Assembly: GCA_964035545.1 (NCBI GenBank)
Contig: OZ037767.1
Span: forward strand, 17,886,259-17,950,258
Direction of reading: 5' to 3'
DNA from: Bugula neritina
Taxonomy: Eukaryota > Animalia > Bryozoa
Length of the DNA stretch: 64,000 nucleotides
Below the pieces are notes generated by a model. That model ran no database searches. It saw nothing but the letters and a program-made list of their open reading frames with translations, and was not told the origin of the DNA. Below are positions 58,301 through 64,000 of this stretch, piece after piece (the stretch's first letter is position 1; every line of letters begins with the position of its first letter). The translations under genes and the position numbers were made by a program.

Positions 58301-61300
58301 ACTGCAATATACTGAAATATACTGTAACACACTGAAATATACTGCAACATACTGAAATACACTGAAACATACTGAAACACACTGCAACATACTGCAACAT
58401 ACTACAACATACTGCAACATACTGCAACACACGGAAGTTTGCTGTAACATATTGAAATGCACCGCAACATACTGAAATACACTGCAACTTATTGAAATAT
58501 ACTGCACAATACCGAAATATATGGTAAACTACTGAAATATACTGTAACACATAGAAAAATACTGCAATATACTGAAATATACTGTAACACACTGAAATAT
58601 ACTGCAACATACTGAAATACACTGTAACATACTGAAACATACTGCAACATACTGAAATACACTGCAACATACTACAACATATTGAAATACACTGCAACAC
58701 ACTGAAATATACTGCAACATACCTAAAAATACGATAATATACTGAAATATACTGTAAAACATTGAAAAATACTGCAACATACTGGAGTATACTGCAAGAT
58801 ACCGCAACATACTGAATTGCACTTTAACATACTGAAATACACTGCAACATACTGACTTATACTGACATACACTGGAACATATTGCAATACACTGCAACAA
58901 ATTGAAGTATACTGCAACACACTGAAGTATACTGTAATATACAGAAATGTACTGTAACAAACTGAAATACACTGCAACACACTGAAGTATACTGTAATAT
59001 ACAGAAATGTACTGTAACAAACTGAAACATAGGTATACATACTGAAATACACTGCCACATACTGAAATACACTGCTACATACTGAAATTTACTGCAACAT
59101 ACTGCAACATACTGAAATACACTGCAACATGCTACAACATATTGAAATAGACTGCAACACATTGAAATATACTTCAACATACTTAAATATACAATAATAT
59201 ACTGAAATATACTGTAAAACATTGAAAAATACTGCAACATACTGGAGTATACTGCAAGATACCGCAACATACTGAAATACACTTTAACATACTGAAATAC
59301 ACTTCAACATACTGACTTATACTGACAAACACTGGAACATATTGAGATACACTGCAACATACTGCAACATACTGCAACATACTGCAACATACTGAATTAC
59401 GGTGTAACATATTGAAATACACTGCAATACATTGGAATATACTGCAACACACTGAAACATACTGCAACATACTGAAATATACCGCAACATATCGAAGTAT
59501 ATCGTAATATACGGACATGTCCTGCAACATACTGAAACATACTGAAACATACTGAAATATACTGGAACATACCGAAACAAACTGCAACATACTGCAATAT
59601 ACTGGAATATATTGCAAGATACTACAACATAGTGAAATACACTGCAACATACTGAAATATACTGTGACACACTGAAAGAGACTGCAACATACTGAAATAC
59701 ACTGTAACATACTGAAATAGACTGCAACATACTGAAATACCCTGCTACATACTGAAATATACTGCAAGATACTACAACATATTGAAATACTTTGCAACAC
59801 ATTGAAACATACTGCAACATACCTAAATATATGGTAATATACTGAAATATACTGTAACATACTGAAATATACTGAAATATAATGCAAGATACTGCAACAT
59901 ACTGAAATACACTGCAACACACTGAAGTATACTGTAATATACACAAATGTACTGTAACAAACTGAAACATAGGTCAACATACTGAAATGTACTGCACCAT
60001 ACTGAAATACACTGTAATATACTGAATTACACTGCAACATACTGCAACATACTGAAATACGCTGTAACATATTGAAATACACTGCAACACATTGAAATAT
60101 ACTGTAACTCATTGAAATATAGTGTAATCAACGGAAATGTACTGTAACATACTGAAACATACTGAAACATACTAAAATATACTGGAGCATATCGAAACGT
60201 ACTGCAACATACTGAAATATACTGCGAGATACTGCAACATACTGAATTACAATGTAACATACTGAAATACACTGCAACATACTGCAACATACTGCAACAT
60301 ACTGAATTACAGTGTAACATATTGAAATACACTGCAATACATTGAAATACACTGCAACACACTGAAACATACTGCAGCATACTGAAATATACTGCAACAT
60401 ATCGAAGTGTATCGTAATATACGCACATGTACTATAACATACTGAAACATAACGTAACATACTAAAATATACTGGAACATAGCGGAACATACTGCAACAT
60501 AATGAAATATACTGTACCACACTGAAATATACGGCAAAATACTGAAATATACTTCAACATACTGAAATATACTGCAACATACTGCAACACACGGAAGTTT
60601 GTTGTAACATGTTAAAATGCACGGCAACATGCTGAAATACACTGCAACAAACCTAGATATATGGGAATATACTGAAATATACTGTACTACGTTGAAAAAC
60701 ACTGCAACATATTGAAATATGCTGTAGCACAATGAAATACACTGCAACTCACTGAAATATAGTGTAATATGCCGAAATGTACTGTAACATACTGGAATAT
60801 ACTGTAACACACTGAAATGTACTGCAACATACTGAAATACACTGTAACGTTTTAAAATATACTGCAACATACTGAAACACACTGCAAAAAACTACAACAT
60901 ACTGAAATACACTGCAACATACTGAAATATACTGTGACACACTGAAATATACTGCAACATACTGAAATACACTGTAACATACTGAAATACACTGCAACAT
61001 ACTGAAATACACTGCTACATACTGAAATATACTGCAAGATACTGCAACATACTGAAATACAGTGTAACATACTGAAATACACTGCAACATGCTGCATTAT
61101 ACTGACATACACTGGAACATATTGAAATACATTGCAACACATTGAAATATACTGCAACACACCGAAACATACAGCAACATATTGAAATATGCTGTAGCAT
61201 ACTGAAATACACTGCAACACACTGAAGTATACTGTAATATACAGAAATGTACTGTAACAAACTAAAACATACGTCAACATACTGAAATACACTGCCACAT

Positions 61301-64000
61301 ACTGAAATATACTGCAAAATACTGAAATATACTGCAACACACTACAACTTACTGAAATACACTGTAACATACTGAAATACACTGCAAAATACTACAATAT
61401 ACTGAAATACACTGTAACATATTGAAATACACTGCAACACATTGAAATATACTGCAACATACCGACATATATGGTAAACTACTGAGATATACTGTAACAC
61501 ACAGAAAAATACTGCAATATACTGAAATATACTGTAACACACTGAAATATACTGCAACATACTGAAATACACTGAAACATACTGAAACACACTGCAACAT
61601 ACTGCAACATACTACAACATACTGCAACATACTGCAACACACGGAAGTTTGCTGTAACATATTGAAATGCACCGCAACATACTGAAATACACTGCAACTT
61701 ATTGAAATATACTGCACAATACCGAAATATATGGTAAACTACTGAAATATACTGTAACACATAGAAAAATACTGCAATATACTGAAATATACTGTAACAC
61801 ACTGAAATATACTGCAACATACTGAAATACACTGTAACATACTGAAACATACTGCAACATACTGAAATACACTGCAACATACTACAACATATTGAAATAC
61901 ACTGCAACACACTGAAATATACTGCAACATACCTAAAAATACGATAATATACTGAAATATACTGTAAAACATTGAAAAATACTGCAACATACTGGAGTAT
62001 ACTGCAAGATACCGCAACATACTGAATTGCACTTTAACATACTGAAATACACTGCAACATACTGACTTATACTGACATACACTGGAACATATTGCAATAC
62101 ACTGCAACAAATTGAAGTATACTGCAACACACTGAAGTATACTGTAATATACAGAAATGTACTGTAACAAACTGAAATACACTGCAACACACTGAAGTAT
62201 ACTGTAATATACAGAAATGTACTGTAACAAACTGAAACATAGGTATACATACTGAAATACACTGCCACATACTGAAATACACTGCTACATACTGAAATTT
62301 ACTGCAACATACTGCAACATACTGAAATACACTGCAACATGCTACAACATATTGAAATAGACTGCAACACATTGAAATATACTTCAACATACTTAAATAT
62401 ACAATAATATACTGAAATATACTGTAAAACATTGAAAAATACTGCAACATACTGGAGTATACTGCAAGATACCGCAACATACTGAAATACACTTTAACAT
62501 ACTGAAATACACTTCAACATACTGACTTATACTGACAAACACTGGAACATATTGAGATACACTGCAACATACTGCAACATACTGCAACATACTGAATTAC
62601 GGTGTAACATATTGAAATACACTGCAATACATTGGAATATACTGCAACACACTGAAACATACTGCAACATACTGAAATATACCGCAACATATCGAAGTAT
62701 ATCGTAATATACGGACATGTCCTGCAACATACTGAAACATACTGAAACATACTAAAATATACTGGAACATACCGAAACAAACTGCAACATACTGCAATAT
62801 ACTGGAATATCTTGCAAGATACTACAACATAGTGAAATACACTGCAACATACTGAAATATACTGTGACACACTGAAAGAGACTGCAACATACTGAAATAC
62901 ACTGTAACATACTGAAATAGACTGCAACATACTGAAATACCCTGCTACATACTGAAATATACTGCAAGATACTACAACATATTGAAATACTTTGCAACAC
63001 ATTGAAACATACTGCAACATACCTAAATATATGGTAATATACTGAAATATACTGTAACATACTGAAATATACTGAAATATAATGCAAGATACTGCAACAT
63101 ACTGAAATACACTGCAACACACTGAAGTATACTGTAATATACACAAATGTACTGTAACAAACTGAAACATAGGTCAACATACTGAAATGTACTGCACCAT
63201 ACTGAAATACACTGTAATATACTGAATTACACTGCAACATACTGCAACATACTGAAATACGCTGTAACATATTGAAATACACTGCAACACATTGAAATAT
63301 ACTGTAACTCATTGAAATATAGTGTAATCAACGGAAATGTACTGTAACATACTGAAACATACTGAAACATACTAAAATATACTGGAGCATATCGAAACGT
63401 ACTGCAACATACTGAAATATACTGCGAGATACTGCAACATACTGAATTACAATGTAACATACTGAAATACACTGCAACATACTGCAACATACTGAATTAC
63501 AGTGTAACATATTGAAATACACTGCAATACATTGAAATACACTGCAACACACTGAAACATACTGCAGCATACTGAAATATACTGCAACATATCGAAGTGT
63601 ATCGTAATATACGCACATGTACTGTAACATACTGAAACATAACGTAACATACTAAAATATACTGGAACATAGCGGAACATACTGCAACATAATGAAATAT
63701 ACTGTACCACACTGAAATATACGGCAAAATACTGAAATATACTTCAACATACTGAAATATACTGCAACATACTGCAACACACGGAAGTTTGCTGTAACAT
63801 GTTAAAATGCACGGCAACATGCTGAAATACACTGCAACAAACCTAGATATATGGGAATATACTGAAATATACTGTACTACGTTGAAAAACACTGCAACAT
63901 ATTGAAATATGCTGTAGCACAATGAAATACACTGCAACTCACTAAAATATAGTGTAATATGCCGAAATGTACTGTAACATACTGGAATATACTGTAACAC
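16363..64000 (+). repeat. Satellite B main array (10-bp monomer, consensus ACTGHAAYAY), >47 kb, open at window end, with higher-order repeats
   Basis: Uninterrupted tandem 10-mers (actgcaacat, actgaaatac, actgtaacat, attgaaatat). The 10-bp phase is kept for kilobases with only occasional small indels. No non-satellite sequence was seen. Confidence 0.98.
55761..64000 (+). repeat. Near-perfect 3210-bp higher-order repeat of satellite B (~2.6 copies)
   Basis: Identical translated ORFs recur at offset 3210 (55973/59183, 56817/60027, 57097/60307, 58529/61739). Marker aggtatacat occurs at 55821, 59031 and 62241. The third copy loses single 10-mers (offset becomes 3200). Confidence 0.93.

Noticed and set aside
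16353-64000. Hundreds of ORFs of 60-310 aa rich in C, S, V, Y, Q, F (MLQYISVCCS...), mostly on the minus strand, plus those at 5967-6367 and 10112-10382
   Set aside because: They are translations of the 10-bp satellite. The minus strand of the common monomers has few stop codons, all three frames give the same peptide pattern, and there is no domain or gene structure.

Overview
Eukaryotic, AT-rich, gene-free heterochromatin-like window built from two unrelated short-period satellites plus three insertions. Satellite A (9-10 bp monomers AAATGTGC(C)T / AAAAGTGCCT) occupies 1-1180 (reverse orientation) and 3751-6030 (forward orientation). Satellite B (strict 10-bp monomers, e.g. ACTGCAACAT / ACTGAAATAC / ACTGTAACAT) starts at ~6032 and runs to the window end, with kb-scale higher-order repeats that become nearly perfect (3210 bp) after ~55.8 kb. 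An intact two-ORF CR1-group (Crack/L2/Daphne-like) LINE (6294-10207; ORF1 plus APE-RT ORF2, (AAAC)n tail) is inserted near the start of satellite B. Most notably, all four ends of the two non-coding unique islands (1181-3750 and 10423-16362) carry the same signature, 5'-CRCAG-N5-TTAAGGTCAT, read inward. They look like two related non-autonomous CMC/EnSpm-like DNA transposons embedded in satellite. The second has a 2-bp AT target duplication whose removal restores satellite B. The first has no TSD, sits exactly where satellite A flips orientation, and carries a tRNA-like Pol III unit. The hundreds of Cys/Tyr/Val/Gln-rich ORFs in the ORF track are satellite translation artefacts.
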